From contig JAZDHP010000040.1 of NCBI GenBank assembly GCA_043805855.1, forward strand, positions 1 through 22,594: a stretch of DNA of 22,594 nt, read 5' to 3'. Positions 1 to 6,885 of this stretch are shown piece by piece. Each line of letters starts with the position of its first letter. Position 1 is the stretch's first letter. The position numbers were made by a program, and so were the translations under genes. The notes under the pieces are model-generated. The model did not search any database. It was not told the origin of the DNA and saw only the letters and a list, made by a program, of their open reading frames with translations. The DNA comes from Candidatus Micrarchaeota archaeon (GTDB lineage Archaea > Micrarchaeota > Micrarchaeia > Norongarragalinales > UBA8480).

Positions 1-372
1 GTAAAGCACTGAAAATGAATAGCCAGTTTGTGGCGTCGCGTGGTCAAACTCCAACAACGTCTTCTGAACTATCTTGTAACGGGAGTCGTACACCCTGCAA
101 TTCAGGTAAATGCCTATTACTGAAGCTTCTTTTATGCTTGTGAGCTTCTGGAGGACTTTCTTGGCGCAAATGGACTTCCCGCTGCCTGTTTTGCCATAAA
201 TGAGTGCGTTTGTTGGCTTTCTGCCTTGCACTATTGGCGCTAGGCAAGTCATTATTTTTTTGATTTCGTTTTCACGGTGAATTAAAGTTTCTGGCACGTA
301 ATGTGGGGATAGAACGCTTTTGTCTTTGAAAATCGCGTCTTTTTTTAATAAATCGTGAAAGCTTGTCTCCAT
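1..372 (-). CDS. cdc6: Orc1/Cdc6 replication initiator, 5' part (runs off window start)
   Basis: Missing from the ORF track. Manual translation from ATG at 372: METSFHDLLKKDAIFKDKSVLSPHYVPETLIHRENEI...NALIYGKTGSGKS...IYLNCR. IFKD..VLSPHYVP, Walker A and YLNC are Orc1/Cdc6 hallmarks. Confidence 0.93.
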   Translation of the reverse strand, partial: METSFHDLLKKDAIFKDKSVLSPHYVPETLIHRENEIKKIMTCLAPIVQGRKPTNALIYGKTGSGKSICAKKVLQKLTSIKEASVIGIYLNCRVYDSRYKIVQKTLLEFDHATPQTGYSFSVLY

Positions 373-482
373 ACAGTATAACTTGTGTCCTAAGGATTTA
401 AAATCAATTTCTTTGAGGGTTTTTGCCATACGCATAGCTTTTTAATTTATTACACTGTAAATAATGCGTTAATTATCTTTAC

Positions 483-489
483 AGGTGGT
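483..489 (+). promoter_or_regulatory. Shine-Dalgarno site of sepF
   Basis: AGGTGGT 9 nt upstream of ATG 499. Confidence 0.6.
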
Positions 490-498
490 ATATACAAA

Positions 499-861
499 AT
501 GGGTTTATTTCAGAATTTGTCAGGCATGCTTGGCGTAAAAAGGGAGATGAATGTAGAAGAGTTTATGTCAGCAGCTGAAGCTGAAGAAGTTGACGTAATG
601 CACCAACGTGCAGATTTCTACGTAAAACCAATTGCACTACAGTCAGAAGCTGATTTGAAAATAGTTGAAGAGGAACTAACAAACAAGAACCTCGTGTTGT
701 TGAACGTTACTCCAATTGCGCGTAACCCAGCTAAACTAAAAGCAGCTGTTGAACACTTGCGAAAATTCACAATGGGAATCAACGGCGACATTGCTCGCAT
801 TGACGAAGACAAAATCATGCTAACTCCAGCAAACGTCAAAATCGTAAAGAAAAGACATTAA
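499..861 (+). CDS. sepF: Archaeal cell division protein SepF (DUF552)
   Basis: 120 aa; N-terminal amphipathic segment, then NLVLLNVTPI...INGDIARIDEDKIMLTPANVKI, matching the archaeal SepF core (GDIA..., LTP..VKI). Confidence 0.88.
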   Translation: MGLFQNLSGMLGVKREMNVEEFMSAAEAEEVDVMHQRADFYVKPIALQSEADLKIVEEELTNKNLVLLNVTPIARNPAKLKAAVEHLRKFTMGINGDIARIDEDKIMLTPANVKIVKKRH

Positions 862-867
862 AAACAT

Positions 868-928
868 TACTTTACCTTTTTGCTTTTTAATTTTTTCTTT
901 TATTTTCTTCTTTCCTTCTTGTTTTTTA
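868..928 (+). terminator. Oligo-T/pyrimidine tract after sepF (archaeal-type terminator)
   Basis: Long T-rich run directly after the sepF stop. Confidence 0.55.
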
Positions 929-951
929 ATTCCGTTCAGCGTAAGCTTTTC

Positions 952-1713
952 ATGCCAGTTGAATGGAAGACTACGCGGGTTGGAGATACTGTTGTCCACC
1001 ACTGGAAGCGACACAATCCGCGCGAGATTCTAGCTGCTTTGGCGGAAGAGCCAATTGAAACTAAGGGAGAAACGCCTCAAGTTAGGCGATATAAGCTCGG
1101 TAAATTAAACTTGGCAGTTAGGCAATTACCGCGGGTAAGTGGTTATGCTACTAATACTGGAAAGCTGTTTGCAACTTTAAAACAAATGCAGCGAGAGCGA
1201 ATGCCAATTATAGAAGTTCCAGTTGCAATAATAAAGGAACCAGCTAATGTTTTTAAAGTTGTGACTGTTTGGAAAAAAGGCGCGAATTCTTTACTGTCGT
1301 GGGTTAATGAAGCGGATTTGAGTTCAAGAGTAAGTTTAAACGAAGTACGTGATGTTGCAAATAGTGTGGCTCGTAAGGTTGCACAGTTACACGTTGCTGG
1401 TTATGCTCACGGTAATTTAAAATTAGATAATTTTGTCATTACTCCTTCAGGCGTTCCGCTGCTTGTTGACTTTACTAAATTACAGAAGGTTGGAAAACAA
1501 AGTTTACCTGCTAAACGGGGTGACAATTGGTTATATGGGCATATTGACGCGGGCGAGTTAAATCTTTTATTTGACAATTTTGCATCGTTGCAAGTAGCTA
1601 AGTTAAAAACAAAAAATAAAACTGAAAGATTAAATTTTTATCGACAAGCTGTGAATGATCTATGGTCAGAGTATAGTAAGTGGTATACTCACTATTCTGG
1701 AATTAAAGAGTAA
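952..1713 (+). CDS. Kinase-fold orphan protein (Kdo/WaaP/RIO-like), probable pseudokinase
   Basis: Start moved to ATG 952 because the upstream extension is a poly-T tract. Contains EVPVA, VAQLHVAGYAHGNLKLDNF and LVDF, the catalytic-loop and DF motifs of atypical kinases, with Asn in place of the catalytic Asp. Confidence 0.7.
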   Translation: MPVEWKTTRVGDTVVHHWKRHNPREILAALAEEPIETKGETPQVRRYKLGKLNLAVRQLPRVSGYATNTGKLFATLKQMQRERMPIIEVPVAIIKEPANVFKVVTVWKKGANSLLSWVNEADLSSRVSLNEVRDVANSVARKVAQLHVAGYAHGNLKLDNFVITPSGVPLLVDFTKLQKVGKQSLPAKRGDNWLYGHIDAGELNLLFDNFASLQVAKLKTKNKTERLNFYRQAVNDLWSEYSKWYTHYSGIKE

Positions 1714-2140
1714 GGTTAGCTTTTATTTTTGTCGCAATTTCTTGCAATTTTTCTTCGTTTGTCTCTACTCGTGGGCCGGGGCGGTAGAGAAATTCCCGCG
1801 GGTCGTATTTCATTACTCCTCTATCGCCTTTTTTGCGCGGCACCACAGGTCCGGGTCAGTGTTCAATGTTTTGTCCACCTGCTGTGCCTTCGTTCCACGC
1901 GCAGTTAAACCCCTCGGCACCGTAAGTTTTCACAAGCGCGTCTTTTACTTTCAAAACTAGTTCATAGAGGTCTTTCAATTCGTAATAGTCAAGGTCGTCG
2001 ATTTTGGCAACGCACCGTTTTGGACAAACCAAAGTATGGCCTGGGGTTATTGGAATGTTTGTGAGAAATGCGAACGCAGTGTAGTTGCTGATGATTGTTC
2101 TCTTTTTGACGTTTTCACTTGTACAAAAAAGGCAAGACAT
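1703..2140 (-). pseudogene. HIT-family nucleotide hydrolase interrupted by an in-frame TGA at the histidine triad (pseudogene or sequence error)
   Basis: MSCLFC...PITPGHTLVCPKR...GFNCAWNEGTAGGQNIEH* continues in the same frame as PGPVVPRKKGDRGVMKYDPREFLYRPGPR...KIKANLTL* to TAA at 1703-1705, giving a full-length 145-codon HIT frame. Confidence 0.85.
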
Positions 2141-2168
2141 ATTCATTATTTTTGTAGAGGGCGAGTTA

Positions 2169-2278
2169 TTTAAGCAAGGCAGCGCAAATGCCTTGCTTAA
2201 AGTCTTCAGCACAAATCTTCGATTTGTGTCTGAGTCTTCGAGTTATGGCTCGAAGCCCATACACGTAGCCAACGTGTA
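2169..2278. repeat. Cluster of four abutting inverted repeats (structured element / candidate ncRNA or MITE)
   Basis: Perfect stems 2169-2181/2189-2201 (13 bp), 2210-2217/2221-2228 (8 bp), 2236-2242/2249-2255 (7 bp), 2260-2266/2272-2278 (7 bp). Confidence 0.8.
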
Positions 2279-2325
2279 AGCTATAAAAACGCGGAGTTCC
2301 TTTTATTTGAGAGGACGTTAGTGAA

Positions 2326-3363
2326 ATGGTTAACTTGGATGCGTCTTGTTTGAAACTAGAGCTCACGCCTGAAGCGGCGATTGGCATTGTGCAAAAAGAA
2401 GTTGTACGCCACGGTTGGAAGAAGTACGACTTGAGCGATATTGTAACTGTTTACGTTCCGTTTTACGTTTTTTCATTTGACGTTATTGCAGAGGGCGGAG
2501 CGCCACCTGGCAAAGCAGCGATGAACGCTAACACTGGCGAAATGAATGAATTTGTTCCAGTACTTTTAGAGAGGCCAATTCAGCGCCAAAAAAAGACGCC
2601 AGAAGGTATGGAAGTTGAAGTTGAACCAACGAATGTAAGGGAAAGTGAAGTTGAAAAAGTCGCGGCGGTAAAGTTAGCGAATATGCTTGGTGCAAAGCGG
2701 GAGAATATTGTGATCTCCGCAGTTTCGAAGATTTACGTTCCGTTTTTCAGAATGTGGATTGACGTTGCTGGTGATAGTTTCAAAATTGAAGTTGACGGCG
2801 CTCTTGGATACGCTTCTGGAAGCGACGCTATACCAAAGCGTGAGAAAACATGGGAGGAAAGTACTAGTGACACAATTCAAAAAATGCAATCTCCTTCAGG
2901 AATAGCGCAATTAGCAGGCGCAACTGGTGGCGAAGTTGCAAAAAGTTTCGGCAGTTCTGGCCAGAATAAGTACATCCAGTGGGCGATTATTGCGGTTGTC
3001 ATTATTGTTATTGGCTATTTTGTAATGCAGCAGTTCAACGCGCAAGTTGCGTGTGTTCCTGACGAGGAGTTTCTCTCTACACCGCAATTCTTTGGGTTGA
3101 TTGGTGCGAGGAAAATTGTTCCGCAGGAACTAGATGCTGATTCAATGTACGTTGCAGGTAAGTGCACGTTTTCATCGCGGGAGAATGACAAGTTTATAGT
3201 TGTACAAGTGCTTTTGAAAAACTCTGGAGTGCCAATTTCAACTACGGTGGTAAATGTAACGCTGCAGAGTGACGTTCCGGCAACGCGTAGTTTCCAAATT
3301 GACTTTCCGTCAAGCGATGTAACTGGTGACTACGAGTTAGCTGTAGAGCGGCTTGTTGGTTGA
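2326..3363 (+). CDS. Hypothetical single-pass membrane protein with duplicated N-terminal domain
   Basis: 345 aa; two related units (YVPFYVFSFDV..MNANTGE / YVPFFRMWIDV..VDGALG), a TM helix WAIIAVVIIVIGYFVM, and a beta-rich C-terminal domain; GAGGA upstream. Confidence 0.8.
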   Translation: MVNLDASCLKLELTPEAAIGIVQKEVVRHGWKKYDLSDIVTVYVPFYVFSFDVIAEGGAPPGKAAMNANTGEMNEFVPVLLERPIQRQKKTPEGMEVEVEPTNVRESEVEKVAAVKLANMLGAKRENIVISAVSKIYVPFFRMWIDVAGDSFKIEVDGALGYASGSDAIPKREKTWEESTSDTIQKMQSPSGIAQLAGATGGEVAKSFGSSGQNKYIQWAIIAVVIIVIGYFVMQQFNAQVACVPDEEFLSTPQFFGLIGARKIVPQELDADSMYVAGKCTFSSRENDKFIVVQVLLKNSGVPISTTVVNVTLQSDVPATRSFQIDFPSSDVTGDYELAVERLVG

Positions 3364-3408
3364 AAAGTTGTTTTAAATTTAGTGTTTCTTTTTCTTTGCT
3401 GGTAGCTA

Positions 3409-4188
3409 TTACTTTGGCTTTACTCTACTTGTTTCCATCGCTTTGAGCGCTTTGTTCACGCGTGCTAGTGTTGCCATTATTGTCTGCGCTTCTGTTTGCG
3501 CTACGTTTGTGCGGCCGAATACGCGTTTAAATGCAACTTTTGCCTTGTCGGGATCGCGCATTTTTGGCCTTAGGTAAATTACTTTTTCGAGTTTTTTCAA
3601 CTCGTCTACAATTTCGCAGAACAAATAGTTCAACGCTCTTAAATCTGCAGTTGTAGCTGTTGTGAATTTTGACTTCGTTTTACCGCTAAAGAACAACGCG
3701 TATAACGTAACAGCGACAGAGTGTGACAAGTTTAACACTGGGTGCGCTCTTTCTGCGGGGATAGTTGCAATTACATCGCATTTTTGTAAATCTTCGCCAG
3801 TTAATCCGTTTCCCTCTGAGCCAAACACAATTGCGATTTTTTTCCCGTTTATTTTATCTTTTAGCGAAGGTAGGGAAACGCAGTTTTTCAGCGAGTTTGC
3901 AAACCGCCGTACGACGCCCGTTGTTCCAATAACTAAGTCAAATCCAGCAATTGCCTCGTCAAGCGAGTCGCAAATCTTTGCGTTTTCGTAAACTTCTTTT
4001 GAGTGTTTTGCGTACTTTTCTGCTTCTATGTTCAACGCGCATTTTGGGCGTACAATTGCTAAATCTACAACTGAGAAGTTTTTCGCTGCGCGGCAAGCCA
4101 TGCCAACGTTCATGGAATACTCTGGACTTACAAGTACAACGCGTACTGGCAGTGGTTTTTTTACTTTTCTACTTCCGGTAAATTCCAT
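3409..4188 (-). CDS. trmJ: TrmJ/LasT-family SPOUT tRNA 2'-O-methyltransferase
   Basis: VVLVSPEYSMNVGMACRAAKNF, IGTTG, IVFGSEGNGLT..DLQKCD and PVLNLSHSVAV are SPOUT/TrmJ motifs. Confidence 0.88.
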   Translation of the reverse strand: MEFTGSRKVKKPLPVRVVLVSPEYSMNVGMACRAAKNFSVVDLAIVRPKCALNIEAEKYAKHSKEVYENAKICDSLDEAIAGFDLVIGTTGVVRRFANSLKNCVSLPSLKDKINGKKIAIVFGSEGNGLTGEDLQKCDVIATIPAERAHPVLNLSHSVAVTLYALFFSGKTKSKFTTATTADLRALNYLFCEIVDELKKLEKVIYLRPKMRDPDKAKVAFKRVFGRTNVAQTEAQTIMATLARVNKALKAMETSRVKPK

Positions 4189-4229
4189 TATGTGTCACGT
4201 TTTAAAAGCATTAAGCGCTTATTTTTACT

Positions 4230-5503
4230 ATGAATAACAAGAGATTTGCACTTTTAGCCTTTTTTACTATTGCCTTGCTTCTACCTTTCGTAAACGCGGT
4301 TGTTCCAAGTGAACGTGCGGTTGAAGTTGCCTCTGCTTACCTGCGTACTGGAGAACAAGCTTCTATTGTAAATCGTCCGTTTGTGGTTGACAACCGGCAG
4401 TATTTTGTCGTTTATTTCCACCCGCAAACTGACCAGGAGACTAGAAACTTAATTGTTGTTGTAGATGCAGAAACTGGAGAGCTGGTGCTTGACGAGAAAG
4501 TGCTTGGCAAAGTTTATTCGTTCGACGCAAAGTTAAACTTTTTACAAAATTTCGCAAGTGAAAAGAAATTATCTTTTGCAGAGATTAAAACCGCAATTGA
4601 CAACGGCGCTAGCTTAAGACAACAAGCGCAAGTTACGCTTGATCAAGTTGAAACTAATCTTGATAGTTTTGACGAGAACCTTGCAACTGTGCAAAGTTTA
4701 TTTTCCCAATTTCAATTACAAGTTGACCGCTTGCAAGAGCAGGTTGACAGCGGCGTGGAAGCGCAATCAAATTTCGAGCGCGATTATTCAAGCCAAACCT
4801 TTTCAGTTTTTGTCACTCATTTCAACTCTTCTCTAAAAACTCTCGTTACAGGGGTAAAAGCAGGTGAAGATTACCAAAAAGCCGTTATAAACAAGTCAAA
4901 CCAATTAACGCAAAAGGGAATTGAACAAAATAAGTTCAAACCAGGATTGCAGTCAGCGTTTGACGTTGGGCTTACTACTTTCCCAGCAAGCGCAGCGCTT
5001 GAAAGCGCATTTCAGTCATTTTTACAAATTGACTCACTGCAAATCAAGCGCCAGGTGAACGATTCAATTCAAAGTTATCTCTATCGTAAAAGCAAAATTG
5101 ATAGCGATGCAACTGTAGTAGAAATTCAATCAAACGTTGAACAAATTTTACAAAGCAAAGAGCAAGTTCAAGAATGCACTTCGATAAGTAATTTAGAAAA
5201 AGCATGGCAAGCTGTGCTGTTATCGCAAGAGCGTAACTATTTTGGAGCAGTTAACGGCAACGCGACACTAGTACGCGGCGAGTTAACTAAAATCAAAGCG
5301 GCAATTGAACGCTGTAATAATGCTACTCCTTCGCCTGTAGACGCTACTAAAAAGGAAAACTACGACTGGGCAATTGCGGTTATATTATTGGTTTGGTTGC
5401 TTTCATCGCGTGGAAGTACTTTGGCAAAAAGAAAACAGGCGAAAGCGAAGACGCTGCTGAACCTGCAGTGCAGGAACCAAAAAGAAACTTGTTCGGCGAC
5501 TAG
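4230..5503 (+). CDS. Secreted, C-terminally anchored coiled-coil surface protein (frameshift near 5383)
   Basis: Signal peptide MNNKRFALLAFFTIALLLPFVNA; PepSY-like VVVDAETGE; long Gln-rich helical body. The -1 frame from about 5384 gives IIGLVAFIAWKYFGKKKTGESEDAAEPAVQEPKRNLFGD* (TAG 5501-5503), which completes a TM anchor with a basic tail. Confidence 0.8.
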
Positions 5504-5529
5504 TTTGCTAAATTACTTTTTTTGTGAGT

Positions 5530-5835
5530 TTAAGTAGGTACTACTCTAAAAGCTTTTTTATCTTCTTCTGCGATTATTTGCATTGTTTGCTTTTCTTTTA
5601 AGTGCAGTGAACGCACAACACTTGCCGGAATGCGAACTGCAAGTGATTCACCCCACTTTGACAATTTTACTGAGTATATTTGTTCAAGTGCCTTGTAGAA
5701 AACTCTAGCTTGGCCGAAGTTCAACAATACTTCTCCGCATTTATTGCACTTAAATCCTTTATACTCAATACCTTCTGGGCTTTTGTTTCTTTTTAGCTCG
5801 TACGTGCCGCCACATTTGCAATTTCGGTTTTTCAT
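5530..5835 (-). CDS. Antitoxin-like protein: YgiT/MqsA-type zinc finger fused to AbrB/MazE DNA-binding domain
   Basis: CKCGG...FKCNKCGE zinc ribbon followed by VKLSKWGESLAVRIPASVVRSLHL (AbrB/MazE signature); ATGA overlap with the upstream gene. Confidence 0.85.
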   Translation of the reverse strand: MKNRNCKCGGTYELKRNKSPEGIEYKGFKCNKCGEVLLNFGQARVFYKALEQIYSVKLSKWGESLAVRIPASVVRSLHLKEKQTMQIIAEEDKKAFRVVPT

Positions 5836-6083
5836 CTTCCCACTTCCACGGTTATTATTTTTATTTTATCTTTCTCAATTACACCGATGCAGATTACTTT
5901 TCCTCTATGAAAATTCTTACATATTCTTACTTTATTATTTCCGAACCGTTCAAACTTTCCTTCGTAAAGCGTCCTTTCTAAGAGTTCTCTTGGAATTTTC
6001 CGCTGTGCTGCTCTAATAGCTGCGTGTTCAAGAACGAACACTTCATAATCTCCTCTAAATAATCGCCAGTAACTTGATATCAA
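5832..6083 (-). CDS. DUF4258-like (RelE/BrnT-fold) putative toxin; start uncertain
   Basis: EHAAIRAAQRKI...KIKIITV resembles the DUF4258 HA..R...R.I / .ITV pattern; coupled to a YgiT-type partner. The ORF-track start (6155) lies upstream of the TATA box, so TTG 6083 or the later GTG is preferred. Confidence 0.7.
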   Translation of the reverse strand: MISSYWRLFRGDYEVFVLEHAAIRAAQRKIPRELLERTLYEGKFERFGNNKVRICKNFHRGKVICIGVIEKDKIKIITVEVGR

Positions 6084-6110
6084 TATGATATTAAGTAGAT
6101 AGTATTTAAA
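6072..6110 (-). promoter_or_regulatory. TA operon promoter: TATA box plus inverted-repeat operator
   Basis: TTTAAATA on the minus strand at about 6110-6103; ACTTGATATCA-ata-TGATATTAAGT (6072-6096), 11-bp arms with 1 mismatch. Confidence 0.6.
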
Positions 6111-6219
6111 GTTTTCCAGCAATTCAAAAAGCGGTAATCCAGCCATGTAGTTCATTGAAGTGGAAAGTTCTTAATGAAAACGATGCGAAAAGTGGACAAA
6201 TGGCAAATAGCTATAATAA

Positions 6220-6885
6220 TTAGATTTTTGTCACTTTGTGTACGTATATTCTCTCGAAGAAAAACGCTTGGCTTGAAATTTCTTTACAGTTGAATCCAAG
6301 CTTTTGTAATATTTCTTTTGTTTTGTCAACGTTGTTTAAACTACTTTGCAATAATAGCAGTTTTCCGTTTGGCGCGAGAAATTTTGGAAATTGCACTAGA
6401 AATTTATCTAGAATTTCTCTTCCAGTTGCTCCGCCGTGCCATGCCATTGACTCTTCGTCGCGGATTTCGCTTTTCTCAACTGGGACGTAAGGCGGGTTGA
6501 AAATGATCGTGTCAAATTTTTGCTTTGAGTTTACTTTTTGAAACAGATTGCTATTAATGAATTTTATTTTGTTTGTAGCAACGTGGTTTTGTTCAACGTT
6601 TTTCTCTGCACAGCTAAGAGCTTTTTTGCTAAGGTCAACTGCGGTTACGCTTGTAACTTCTTGTTTTTGCGCTGCAACTATTGCTTGTATTCCTGAACCG
6701 GTTCCAATGTCAAGGACAGTGCCGGTTGCAAGTTGTTGTACTGCTTTTGCGAGTAGAAAAGAATCTTCGCGTGGTAAGTAAACTGTAGGCTGAATTGTTA
6801 GAATTACGCCTTCGAATTCTATTGTTTCAACTGAAGGCGCTTTTTGTATGTTTGCAATTAGCTTTAAGTTTGCAATTTTTTTCAT
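6220..6885 (-). CDS. HemK2/Mtq2-family release-factor glutamine methyltransferase
   Basis: VYLPREDSFLL, VLDIGTGSG, IFNPPY, WHGGATGRE motifs. Confidence 0.92.
   Translation of the reverse strand: MKKIANLKLIANIQKAPSVETIEFEGVILTIQPTVYLPREDSFLLAKAVQQLATGTVLDIGTGSGIQAIVAAQKQEVTSVTAVDLSKKALSCAEKNVEQNHVATNKIKFINSNLFQKVNSKQKFDTIIFNPPYVPVEKSEIRDEESMAWHGGATGREILDKFLVQFPKFLAPNGKLLLLQSSLNNVDKTKEILQKLGFNCKEISSQAFFFERIYVHKVTKI

Noticed and set aside
373..498. Replication origin next to cdc6
   Set aside because: Only 126 bp, occupied by divergent promoter-like sequence; no ORB-like repeats or G-string recognised.
880..951. Phe-rich N-terminal extension of the kinase-like ORF (apparent signal peptide)
   Set aside because: It is a translation of the poly-T tract after sepF; ATG 952 is the plausible start.
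1766..1860. GC-rich stretch resembling a structural RNA (5S/tRNA) or SECIS downstream of the TGA
   Set aside because: It is the in-frame C-terminal coding region of the HIT gene. Selenocysteine or readthrough would not explain the loss of two triad histidines, and TGA serves as a normal stop in several other genes here.
2169..2278. tRNA or CRISPR mini-array
   Set aside because: No acceptor stem, T-loop or anticodon geometry; the hairpins differ in sequence, so there is no repeat-spacer periodicity.
4200..4221. Palindromes TTTTAAAA and TAAGCGCTTA in the 41-bp divergent gap
   Set aside because: Adequately explained as overlapping divergent promoter elements; no further support.
6084..6155. 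Longer N-terminus for the DUF4258-like toxin (ORF-track start 6155)
   Set aside because: It spans the TATA box and operator; likely non-coding.
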